A stretch of 32,179 nt of DNA, from positions 1 through 32,179 of the IMG/VR virus record IMGVR_UViG_3300032305_000084, one strand, 5' to 3'. A model generated the notes under the pieces. It ran no database searches, was not told the DNA's origin, and saw only the letters and a program-made list of their open reading frames with translations. The position numbers were made by a program, and so were the translations under genes. How positions within the stretch are numbered: position 1 is the stretch's first letter; every line of letters starts with the position of its first letter. Of the stretch, positions 1 through 7,644 are shown in pieces. This DNA comes from a virus (Duplodnaviria > Caudoviricetes).

Positions 1-459
1 AATGCAGCTATGCAATGGGGTACTGAGACAGAACCTTTAGCTAGGGCAGCGTATGAAGCCCATGCTGACGTTTTAGTGGATGAAGTTGCCATGATTACCC
101 ATCCAACAATTGAAGCGTCTGGTGCTTCTCCTGATGGCTTGGTGGGTGACGATGGGATGCTAGAGATTAAGTGTCCTAACACAGCCACGCATATTGACAC
201 CTTGTTGAGTCAAACTGTGCCAGGTAAATACATCACCCAGATGCAATGGCAGATGGCTTGCACAGAGCGTAGCTGGTGTGACTTTGTGAGTTTTGACCCA
301 CGAATGTCAGATGGACTTCAGTTGTTTGTAAAGCGCGTTCCCCGTGACGATGCTTACATTCAAATGCTTGAAGAAGAAGTCAAAAAGTTCCTCACAGAAC
401 TGGATGGCAAAATTACGAAACTTAACGAATTGAAAGAAAAACATGGCAACAATCTATGA
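1..459 (+). CDS. YqaJ-like / lambda-exonuclease family viral nuclease (5' truncated by window)
   Basis: Motifs MQWG..TEP.AR.AY, GASPDG, LEIKCP, Y..QMQWQM, W.DFVSFDPR. The frame is open from base 1. Confidence 0.9.
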   Translation, partial: NAAMQWGTETEPLARAAYEAHADVLVDEVAMITHPTIEASGASPDGLVGDDGMLEIKCPNTATHIDTLLSQTVPGKYITQMQWQMACTERSWCDFVSFDPRMSDGLQLFVKRVPRDDAYIQMLEEEVKKFLTELDGKITKLNELKEKHGNNL

Positions 460-676
460 AGTGACTGTTCGCGCAGGAACGTATCAGAAAGACGGACAAG
501 AGAAAGTGCGTTACCAACGTATTGGTAGCGTCATTGAGACTAAGAAAGGTCCGATGCTTAAACTTGACCAAGTGCCTTTGGTTGAGGGTGGTTGGGAAGG
601 TTGGGCATACTTGTTCACCCCCAAAGAAGGCGATCATAAGCCTAAGAAACAAGAGTTTGACGATATAGATTTCTAA
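443..676 (+). CDS. small single-stranded DNA-binding protein-like
   Basis: Follows the exonuclease. Beta-rich core (GTYQKDGQEKVRYQRIG...LKLDQVP) and an acidic C-terminal tail ending EFDDIDF, typical of SSB tails. Confidence 0.6.
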   Translation: MATIYEVTVRAGTYQKDGQEKVRYQRIGSVIETKKGPMLKLDQVPLVEGGWEGWAYLFTPKEGDHKPKKQEFDDIDF

Positions 677-681
677 ACAAC

Positions 682-733
682 GGGGTGAAAGTCAGCAATT
701 TGCAGTTGCCAATGGCAAGTAGCCCCACCTTTT
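682..733 (+). ncRNA. intergenic stem-loop with GAAA/AGUA (loop E-like) internal loop; possible terminator or small structured RNA
   Basis: GGGGT(682-686)/GCCCC(722-726), GTCA/TGGC and GCAATT/AGTTGC stems, with a GAAA x AAGTA internal loop, followed by ACCTTTT. Confidence 0.45.
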
Positions 734-743
734 ATGTACCAAT

Positions 744-1040
744 ATGAAAACATTTCAAGAGAAAAAAGAGGCTTGGTGGGAATGGCACAAAGCAAACCCC
801 CATGTCTGGCAGTTGTTTGAGCGTTTTGCTTACGAAGCTGTCAACAAAGGCCGAACACGCATCAGCCATTGGCTAATCATCAACAGGATTAGGTGGGAAA
901 CAAACATTGTTACCACGGGTGATGACTTTAAGATCAGCAACGATTACATTGCGTTTTATGCTAGATTGTGGAAAGCCAAGCACCCACAGCATAAAGACTT
1001 GTTTACTACAAAAAGAATGATTGGAGAAACAGATGTTTGA
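744..1040 (+). CDS. phage hypothetical protein
   Basis: 98-aa ORF co-directional with the operon; aromatic/basic motifs (NPHVW..FE.FA, IRWE, FKISND..AFYAR). Confidence 0.75.
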   Translation: MKTFQEKKEAWWEWHKANPHVWQLFERFAYEAVNKGRTRISHWLIINRIRWETNIVTTGDDFKISNDYIAFYARLWKAKHPQHKDLFTTKRMIGETDV

Positions 1041-1104
1041 GATAACAGATATGCACATCTTGGCGGGTCTAGTTCTTATAGTTACATTGGTGACAACATG
1101 GTAA
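1033..1104 (+). CDS. 23-aa hydrophobic peptide MFEITDMHILAGLVLIVTLVTTW (not in ORF track)
   Basis: GGAG at 1023-1026. The ATG overlaps the end of the upstream gene and the stop overlaps the start of the downstream gene, filling the gap exactly. Confidence 0.55.
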   Translation: MFEITDMHILAGLVLIVTLVTTW

Positions 1105-1292
1105 AAACAGTTTTAGTGCCAGGTGCGCCTTGGCCTAAACCAGAAGAAAAACTGGTAAGAAGAATATTGCCAAGGTTAAAGATTAAACACGAAAGTACAA
1201 ACCTAGATTACTTTCTAGATGTACATGAACAAATAAAAACCTCCCCGAAGCACAGTAACCGTGACAAATCGGGAAGGTTTAAAAATGATTAA
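1098..1292 (+). CDS. phage hypothetical protein
   Basis: 64-aa ORF, last + strand gene; C-terminal RDKSGRF. Its stop overlaps the convergent gene's stop (TTAA). Confidence 0.6.
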   Translation: MVKTVLVPGAPWPKPEEKLVRRILPRLKIKHESTNLDYFLDVHEQIKTSPKHSNRDKSGRFKND

Positions 1293-1546
1293 TCTTCAAT
1301 TTTAGTGACAACGTAGGTGGAGACGGTCACTGGCTCGTCTTCTTCTTCTACAAAGCCAATTTCGTTTTCTTCGTCTTCTTCGTCTTCTTGGTCATCTTCA
1401 AGGATTGCATAGTCAGCAGCCCATCCGCTGTTTATTTGCAACTCAATGAATTCTTGAATGATCTGAACTTTGTCAAAGTCGTTAGTCTCAATAACAACCT
1501 TTTCATCACCGCCCCAAGCCGAAATGTCGATCTCTACTTTATACAT
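1289..1546 (-). CDS. highly acidic small protein
   Basis: ATG at 1546 preceded by AAAGGA SD; D/E-rich tract EDDQEDEEDEENE...EEEDE. Confidence 0.75.
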   Translation of the reverse strand: MYKVEIDISAWGGDEKVVIETNDFDKVQIIQEFIELQINSGWAADYAILEDDQEDEEDEENEIGFVEEEDEPVTVSTYVVTKIED

Positions 1547-1556
1547 AGTAAATCCT

Positions 1557-2534
1557 TTAAACATCAATGATTTGCCCACGAAACTCGATTTGCCCGTCAG
1601 CCCACTTGTGAACTAACTCAGGCCAAAGCAGTTTCCCATTCTTAAATGACAAAACAGCGAAACCTGAACGCCAGTTCACAGGAGCATCTTCTAAGTAGTC
1701 CATGAATTGTGGCCCATCTGTTTCTGCTAATGTACCCGTATCAACTCCAAAACGATTGCCGTTGTAGTCAGCGTAAGGAGTTACTTTTAAGCTGTGTAGA
1801 TGGCCTGTAACCATTGTTTTACCCGACCCAACTGTGTTGTTATGTGTCGCGTGAATTCCACCCTTCCAGCGGTGTTTAACGACCACATCGTTTGTTATCC
1901 AAGCCGACCAACAAGGCTTCCACGCAGGGAAATGGTCTTTTAATGAAAAACCTTTGACTTGCTCATACTGAGGCGCATTGGCTGCAAGACGGTTCTCAAA
2001 TCGTGCGTCATGGTTTCCAAGTGTCCAAACCAACTGTACGTTATGACGCGCTTTCTTTGCGGTTTCTTCAATTTCACCTAAAGCAAGTTCACAGGCTTTT
2101 AGTTCTTGAATGACAGAAGGAGTTGAGTCCCACCCAATACGAGGGTGACGACTAATGGAAGCACCGTCAAAAACATCCCCGTTAGCAATAACTGCCTTCG
2201 GTTGCAATTCCTCAATAGCCCATAACAAACCACGATAAGCAGTAGTGTGAATACCTGGCCAAAAATGTGAATCACTGAAAACAATGACAGTTCCATTTTC
2301 TATCCCCAAGTGCGCTCTAGCAGGATTACGATTAGACTGATTTACGTTGTAATTGTTAAACTTTTGTTTTTCTTCACTTGCATCAAGATTTATTGTTAAT
2401 TTTTGTTCAATACGCCTACGCCGAGCATTGATTTTTCTAGGTGAAGTTTTAAGAATTTCAGCAAGTTTTGTAGATGAAGCATAGGTTTGCCACAACTCAA
2501 TAAACTCTTGTTCACTACATAACGCTTTGGGCAT
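1557..2534 (-). CDS. calcineurin-like metallophosphoesterase with N-terminal HTH-like extension
   Basis: All MPP motifs are present: DSH, GDVFD, GNHD, H, GHLH. Confidence 0.88.
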   Translation of the reverse strand: MPKALCSEQEFIELWQTYASSTKLAEILKTSPRKINARRRRIEQKLTINLDASEEKQKFNNYNVNQSNRNPARAHLGIENGTVIVFSDSHFWPGIHTTAYRGLLWAIEELQPKAVIANGDVFDGASISRHPRIGWDSTPSVIQELKACELALGEIEETAKKARHNVQLVWTLGNHDARFENRLAANAPQYEQVKGFSLKDHFPAWKPCWSAWITNDVVVKHRWKGGIHATHNNTVGSGKTMVTGHLHSLKVTPYADYNGNRFGVDTGTLAETDGPQFMDYLEDAPVNWRSGFAVLSFKNGKLLWPELVHKWADGQIEFRGQIIDV

Positions 2535-2535
2535 A

Positions 2536-2964
2536 TCAATCCTTTAAATTTAATCGCCAATACAGGGTTTCTTTGTCCCCCCAAGGCTTTGAAGGCTCAA
2601 ATAATTTAAAACCGCAAGCGATCAAACTATTTGAAGATGCAGGGTTTTTATGCGTATCGGTAATTAACCATTTCCAACCTAATGCGCGGGCTTGCCGAAC
2701 TCTTGCGCGAATAAGCCTTTTCTGTATTCCTTGTCCACGATGACTAGGTAACACACCTGCGCGACACAGATAGCCAGTATCAAACCAGCGCACACTAGAA
2801 ACAAGACCTGCAAAAGCACACGGCAAATTAAATGCGTCATACGTTATCCACCAATGACCAAAGTTAGTGTCATAAGGCGTATCGTAAGGTAGGCACTTCT
2901 TTTGAAGTACCGACAATTCATTCTGTATTTGAGAATGGCGAATGTCTACGCGCTTAATTTTCAT
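2536..2964 (-). CDS. GNAT-family acetyltransferase
   Basis: Acetyl-CoA motif A V.PSHRGQGI, then N.AS...L..CGF. Confidence 0.85.
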   Translation of the reverse strand: MKIKRVDIRHSQIQNELSVLQKKCLPYDTPYDTNFGHWWITYDAFNLPCAFAGLVSSVRWFDTGYLCRAGVLPSHRGQGIQKRLIRARVRQARALGWKWLITDTHKNPASSNSLIACGFKLFEPSKPWGDKETLYWRLNLKD

Positions 2965-2995
2965 AAGCGCATTAGACGTTAGCAGTATGAACTAT

Positions 2996-3424
2996 TTATG
3001 AATAAGCCCGTGTTCCTTGCTTATCAATGATAAGTGCTTGGCGGCGCGGCGCAGAATCAGGGGTGTTTGGCACAGAGATATGTGTCCAGCGGTCAAACTC
3101 ACGAATTACTTGGTCGTAACCAATGTTAGCGGCAATGACAGCCTTGACCACTTGATCTGGCGTCATGCCTGGCACACGAATGTCAGCAGCACAACCAATG
3201 CGGTGCTGGCTTGTGTCTTTAGAGCCAACAGCATCGTTGACTTGCTTAGACCTAAAAGCAGAATTAATCATGATTGGCTTGCCACCTAAAACAGCTTTAA
3301 CCTGTTCTAAGAAGTCAGCTAGACGCACTAGGTTAGCTAGTTCAGCATCATTGGGCGTGTTGTCAAACTCACGGTGGTCGGTGTGCGTAAGTTCTTCAAG
3401 AGTAAAGTGTGGCGTTAAGTTCAT
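2996..3424 (-). CDS. endolysin, peptidase M15 family
   Basis: HFTLEE, INSAFRS..VN.AVG, SQH..G.AAD and W.H.S zinc-peptidase motifs; adjacent to the holin. Confidence 0.88.
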   Translation of the reverse strand: MNLTPHFTLEELTHTDHREFDNTPNDAELANLVRLADFLEQVKAVLGGKPIMINSAFRSKQVNDAVGSKDTSQHRIGCAADIRVPGMTPDQVVKAVIAANIGYDQVIREFDRWTHISVPNTPDSAPRRQALIIDKQGTRAYS

Positions 3425-3921
3425 TTGATTGTCCTCATCATTTCTTCAGTTTTTGATTTGCTACCAGCAGACGAACCACGATGGAAGTTAAGAACAGTAC
3501 CGCACATGGTAATTAGCGAACCAATTGCCATGTAAGCAATCTCTTTGTTTTCAACAGGAACGCCCTTAAAAAACACAATCCAAGTCATGATGATAGTTGC
3601 ACTCACAATTGCAAAATCAAGCACATAAGCCGCGTTTTTAGCCACCCATGAGGCATTTGCAGATTCTTGAATTTTGGCGTTCATGTTTCTTGCATCTGCG
3701 GTGTTTGCCATATCTAGCTTGGCATATTCAAGTTCTAGCTCTGCCAGCTTTTGTGCGGCAGCAGGGTCAACAGTTAACGCTTTTGTAATTTCTTCCGCCG
3801 TCTCGCCAACGCCTAATTTGTTAGCAATAGCATTAATGGCAGCGCCACCAAGAGGGCCAGCAACGGCAGTAGCAAGGGTAGGAGCTACGTTTTTAAGAAG
3901 TCCAGCAAGTAGTTCATTCAT
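3421..3921 (-). CDS. holin-like membrane protein
   Basis: N-terminal APTLATAVAGPLGG, two C-terminal hydrophobic helices and an F..GSS.GS tail. Overlaps the endolysin start (ATGA). Confidence 0.7.
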   Translation of the reverse strand: MNELLAGLLKNVAPTLATAVAGPLGGAAINAIANKLGVGETAEEITKALTVDPAAAQKLAELELEYAKLDMANTADARNMNAKIQESANASWVAKNAAYVLDFAIVSATIIMTWIVFFKGVPVENKEIAYMAIGSLITMCGTVLNFHRGSSAGSKSKTEEMMRTIK

Positions 3922-4199
3922 TTTGAATCCTTAATTTCCTGTTTCAATTTCCGTAATTCACGCGCTTCTTGTTTAATCTCAGCTTTCATCCACATTGTTT
4001 CAATGTAAGCCACAACCGTCAAACCAATACAAAGACACAAAGCAACCATTGCTAAGACACCAGCCAAAACTGCGATCTTGCTATGTCCTGAATCCGCAAA
4101 TTCCAAAGAATTACCGCTAGTATCGTCAAAACGAATGTCGCCCCTGCTAGAGCCACCCACAGATCGACTAATTTGTTGTGTAGGCGCTCTCGTTGCCAT
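3918..4199 (-). CDS. single-TM hypothetical protein of the lysis region (start at 4199 or 4049 uncertain)
   Basis: Hydrophobic stretch IAVLAGVLAMVALCLCIGLTVVAYI plus a short coiled coil; the stop overlaps the holin ATG. Confidence 0.6.
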   Translation of the reverse strand: MATRAPTQQISRSVGGSSRGDIRFDDTSGNSLEFADSGHSKIAVLAGVLAMVALCLCIGLTVVAYIETMWMKAEIKQEARELRKLKQEIKDSK

Positions 4200-4828
4200 T
4201 TCTTGTACCTAGCCCTTCTGATCTGTTGCAACCTTGCAAATTCTTGTTCTTCTTCTATCTTTCCATACATTGCCAAGAATCTAGAATAAAAATCCTTTAA
4301 CTCTTTTGGCGCGTAAACCATCGTTTCCCGAATGTCTACCGTCATTTGTTCCAACTGAAGCTCAACAAAAACCCTGTCCTTTGCTTTGGTTGCAGCGTTC
4401 TGGTTAGGGTTGTAGTCGTTTATAGATTCATCTTCTAGGTTTCGGTAGTAATCTTTTAGCTTTTTTTGTATTTCAAAGAATTCGCCCAATTTGTCGCTAA
4501 TGCCAGCAATTGTTTTAAGTTGCAGAACCTCTGGCTCTTCTTGTCTTTTTAATGATGCTTTAGGAGCTTTGTGCGCTATTTGCGAGCTTTTATTTTGTTC
4601 AGGATAAGAAACAGTTTTTTCTTTGTTTCCTGTAAAACCCAATAAATTTTTAACCCAAGCCCACAGCCCTGTAACGGTTTCAATCGTTGCTTTGACTTCT
4701 GCAACAATGCCTTCAGCATCGCCTTTAAATTCATCAATAAGCGCACGACCTTCTTGTAGATAAGCGCAGCCCTGCTTGACAAAGCTGACAGCCGCTTGTG
4801 CAGCCAACAATAGGCTGAATGGGTCCAC
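4052..4828 (-). CDS. helical membrane-anchored hypothetical protein
   Basis: 258 aa; MDPFSLLLAAQ start, coiled-coil-like middle, C-terminal TM segment. Confidence 0.75.
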   Translation of the reverse strand: MDPFSLLLAAQAAVSFVKQGCAYLQEGRALIDEFKGDAEGIVAEVKATIETVTGLWAWVKNLLGFTGNKEKTVSYPEQNKSSQIAHKAPKASLKRQEEPEVLQLKTIAGISDKLGEFFEIQKKLKDYYRNLEDESINDYNPNQNAATKAKDRVFVELQLEQMTVDIRETMVYAPKELKDFYSRFLAMYGKIEEEQEFARLQQIRRARYKKWQRERLHNKLVDLWVALAGATFVLTILAVILWNLRIQDIARSQFWLVS

Positions 4829-4830
4829 AT

Positions 4831-5034
4831 TTAGATGCCTAACAACTTTTTGACAAACTCAGCCGCTACGCCTGGGCCAAGCAGCACAGCCGCAATGACC
4901 GCGTACAGCAGATATTCAATCTTGGTCATGCGCTTTTCGCCATGCGCCAACGAATCATTGATTTTTTCGTACCTGAACGCGCACACTTCTTCGTGCGTAC
5001 TCAGACGGGCTTCGGTGGAGTCAATGGTCGCCAT
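4831..5034 (-). CDS. small coiled-coil + C-terminal TM protein (holin/hemolysin XhlA-like architecture)
   Basis: HEEVCA.RY...RM.KIE followed by a hydrophobic helix; first gene of the lysis region. Confidence 0.6.
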   Translation of the reverse strand: MATIDSTEARLSTHEEVCAFRYEKINDSLAHGEKRMTKIEYLLYAVIAAVLLGPGVAAEFVKKLLGI

Positions 5035-5037
5035 TGG

Positions 5038-5571
5038 TTACTCATACAAGATATTGATTGAGCCAGCATCAAAGGTGTCTGTGCCGTTTACGGTTGTGAT
5101 GCGAACTTGAGTAAGTGTGTCTGACAGTGTTTTTGCTCCACTAATGCTCATAAATCTTGAATCACCTGTGTTAGAAATACTCCCTTGACAAACCCAAATA
5201 TTGGAAGACAGCGTTGTTAAAACAATTGCGCCGCTATACAAATTAGACGAAGACCCAACAGAACCACCATCAAAGCCAGCGGTGCTGTTTGTGGTATTAA
5301 CCGCCCCAGATGTGCTACTTGTCAATGCGTTACTTGCGTACCCAGTAGTTTCAACCCCGCCGCTGTCGCCTATTTGAAAACGCAATGGTGATGTTCCGCT
5401 TGTACTTACACCATTTAACATCACAGTAATACGCTTTACCCAAGAAGGGATAGACGTAAAGTCAATGCTAGTGCCAGATGTGGATGCTTGTGCTGTAGCC
5501 GATTGGATGCCGTTATACACAGCACCTACGTTGGTTGTAACTCCAGCGGAGCCATCAATTGTTACTGCCAT
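5038..5571 (-). CDS. tail fibre / receptor-binding-like protein, paralog 3
   Basis: S/T/G-rich; shares ASTSGTSIDFT...KRITVM and TFDAGSINILYE with its two neighbours. Confidence 0.75.
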   Translation of the reverse strand: MAVTIDGSAGVTTNVGAVYNGIQSATAQASTSGTSIDFTSIPSWVKRITVMLNGVSTSGTSPLRFQIGDSGGVETTGYASNALTSSTSGAVNTTNSTAGFDGGSVGSSSNLYSGAIVLTTLSSNIWVCQGSISNTGDSRFMSISGAKTLSDTLTQVRITTVNGTDTFDAGSINILYE

Positions 5572-5573
5572 GA

Positions 5574-6173
5574 TTAGCCTTCGTAGAGAATGTTGATTGA
5601 ACCAGCGTCAAAGGTAGCAGTGCCAGCAGAGGTTGTAATGCGTACTCGATCTAAAGTACCGCCAAGCGTCACCGTTCCGTTACCGCCATAAAGAACACCC
5701 GACCCAGTGTTTGCACCACTTAAAGAAGAGACCCAACTGTTAACGCTTGGAGTCACAATAACCATTGTGCCAACTTGACTATCGCCAGCACCTTGAGTAT
5801 AAAAAGCACCAAAGCCTTGTGTTGTTGTTGTTGCAGAACTAGCGCCAGCATTTTGGAAAAACCCGTACGCTCCAGCATACCCAGATGTTGTAAAAGAACC
5901 AGCGCCAACTTGAACAATAATTGAACCAGAAGCGTTTAAGCTAGTTCCGTTAAACATTACAGTGATGCGTTTTGCCCAACTAGGCAAACCTGTAAAGTCA
6001 ATAGACGTACCTGACGTAGAAGCTACAGCAGTACCAGATTTAAGCTGACCGTAAGCGCCAGTAGAACTAACAGTCAACTGCGTTGTGCCGCCGCTTTGTA
6101 GTTCTAGCGTTCCGCTATTGTCAGCAGTCTGGGTTAAGCCAGACGATGTTGTGGCGTTAATTAAGACAGACAT
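5574..6173 (-). CDS. tail fibre / receptor-binding-like protein, paralog 2
   Basis: Same C-terminal domain with a different N-terminus. Confidence 0.75.
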   Translation of the reverse strand: MSVLINATTSSGLTQTADNSGTLELQSGGTTQLTVSSTGAYGQLKSGTAVASTSGTSIDFTGLPSWAKRITVMFNGTSLNASGSIIVQVGAGSFTTSGYAGAYGFFQNAGASSATTTTQGFGAFYTQGAGDSQVGTMVIVTPSVNSWVSSLSGANTGSGVLYGGNGTVTLGGTLDRVRITTSAGTATFDAGSINILYEG

Positions 6174-6313
6174 TATTCAGCCTCTTCAGCAGGTGGTGTC
6201 TCTGCTGGCACTTCAGCCGCCAACGAAGCGTTGTACGCCTCCAACTCAGCACCTTCAAGTTCAACTTCTGTAACTTGACCAGTTGCAAGATCAACAATGA
6301 TTTTTGTAGGCAT
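6173..6313 (-). CDS. 46-aa acidic protein MPTKIIVDLATGQVTEVELEGAELEAYNASLAAEVPAETPPAEEAE (not in ORF track); possible fibre assembly factor
   Basis: Fills the gap between fibre paralogs exactly; TAATG coupling to the next gene. Confidence 0.7.
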   Translation of the reverse strand: MPTKIIVDLATGQVTEVELEGAELEAYNASLAAEVPAETPPAEEAE

Positions 6314-6318
6314 GATGT

Positions 6319-6897
6319 TTACTCGTAAAGAATGTTAATAGAACCAGCATCAAACGTGTCTGTGCCGCCTACGGTGGTGACACGCACGCGGTCAAGGGAA
6401 CCAGAAAGAGTTTTGCCCCCAGCCAAAATCATACCTCTAGAGCCTTGAACATCCCATCCGTTTCCATTTGCAACCCAAATGTTTCCAGAAACAAGAGTTA
6501 AAACAATTGTTCCATATACTGAAGTTGATGCGGAACCCGCTGTATTCCAAGCAAATCCAGTTGTAATTGAACTAGTACCTGTAACGTTTGAATTTAATAC
6601 AGCTGCTTGGCCTCCTGTGTAACCTGTTGTATCAACAGAACCAGAACCAATTTGAACTTGTTGGGGGCTAGTTCCGTTAGTAGACACGCCGTTAAACATT
6701 ACGGTGATGCGCCGCACACCATCAGGAATGTTAGTAAAGTCAATGCTTGTGCCTGAAGTAGACGCAACAGCCGTACCGCTAACTAAAAGACCTACTGTGC
6801 CGCTAAAAGTCGGCAGCGTAAGCGTAGTCGTTCCAGCTACGGCTTGTTCTTGTAGCGTACAGCTTCCGCTAGTTGAGCCTGTTAAAACAAGAGACAT
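6319..6897 (-). CDS. tail fibre / receptor-binding-like protein, paralog 1
   Basis: Same C-terminal domain; AAGGA SD upstream. Confidence 0.75.
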   Translation of the reverse strand: MSLVLTGSTSGSCTLQEQAVAGTTTLTLPTFSGTVGLLVSGTAVASTSGTSIDFTNIPDGVRRITVMFNGVSTNGTSPQQVQIGSGSVDTTGYTGGQAAVLNSNVTGTSSITTGFAWNTAGSASTSVYGTIVLTLVSGNIWVANGNGWDVQGSRGMILAGGKTLSGSLDRVRVTTVGGTDTFDAGSINILYE

Positions 6898-6906
6898 AAG
6901 TTTTCC

Positions 6907-7641
6907 TTAAAGAATAACCCAACGGCTACCGCTAGGAAGAGTGACTGTAGCGCCACCAACAATGGTGATCGGGCCAACAGAGTTAGCGTTAAAGTTAGTT
7001 GGAAACGTGTAGCTTGTGTTGACGGTCTTGCTGTTCAAGTTAAACACCTGATCTGTTCCACCACCCGTTGCACCGCCACCCAATTGACCCCAAGCGCCGT
7101 TGCTATAGCCTTCGTATTTCAATGTGGTTGTGTTGTAACGGATGTCGCCATCTACAGGAGAAGCAGGCCGTTGAGCAGTCGTACCTACGTTGAGCTTGAT
7201 AGCGCCTGTGCCTGTAAAGTCAACGCCTGCATCAAACGTCACATCTTCTGTGAAGTCAGCGGTGCTTTCAAAGATTGCAGCGCCAGTGACGTTCAGGGTT
7301 GTAAAGGTCGCAGAGTTTGGTGTGCCTGTACCAATGGCAGGAGGCGAAGCAAACGAGTTGGTTGTCAGCGGGATTGACACATAGTCAACCGTGTACAGCG
7401 TTGTCTCAGCCGCTGTTTTAAGGATGTACTTAAAGCTAGTTGTCTCAGGCAACCACACGTTAGCCTGTCCGTTGGAATCCAAGATAACAGGGTTGGTGTT
7501 GGTGGTTGTGCCAGTGTGGTCTACATAAGTAGCCAATGGCGTAGTTGTGCCAGCCGCATAGGTGTACAGCTTACCGCCAACAAGTGGCAAACCATCAGTC
7601 CCGAAGAACTGTAGCTTTGGTGGGGGTGATAGTGATGCCAT
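6907..7641 (-). CDS. proximal tail fibre/spike adaptor with podovirus virion-binding N-terminus
   Basis: G.PL.GGKLYTY.AGTTTP.ATY...NPVILDS.G N-terminal domain; GTTAQRP...G.IRYN.T...EGY fibre motif; follows the ejection genes, as the P22 tailspike does. Confidence 0.75.
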   Translation of the reverse strand: MASLSPPPKLQFFGTDGLPLVGGKLYTYAAGTTTPLATYVDHTGTTTNTNPVILDSNGQANVWLPETTSFKYILKTAAETTLYTVDYVSIPLTTNSFASPPAIGTGTPNSATFTTLNVTGAAIFESTADFTEDVTFDAGVDFTGTGAIKLNVGTTAQRPASPVDGDIRYNTTTLKYEGYSNGAWGQLGGGATGGGTDQVFNLNSKTVNTSYTFPTNFNANSVGPITIVGGATVTLPSGSRWVIL

Positions 7642-7644
7642 TTT

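Noticed and set aside
5038-6897. Diversity-generating retroelement or invertible cassette acting on the fibre paralogs
   Set aside because: No reverse transcriptase or invertase in the window. All copies are same-strand intact genes, and the differences are synonymous and general rather than adenine-specific.
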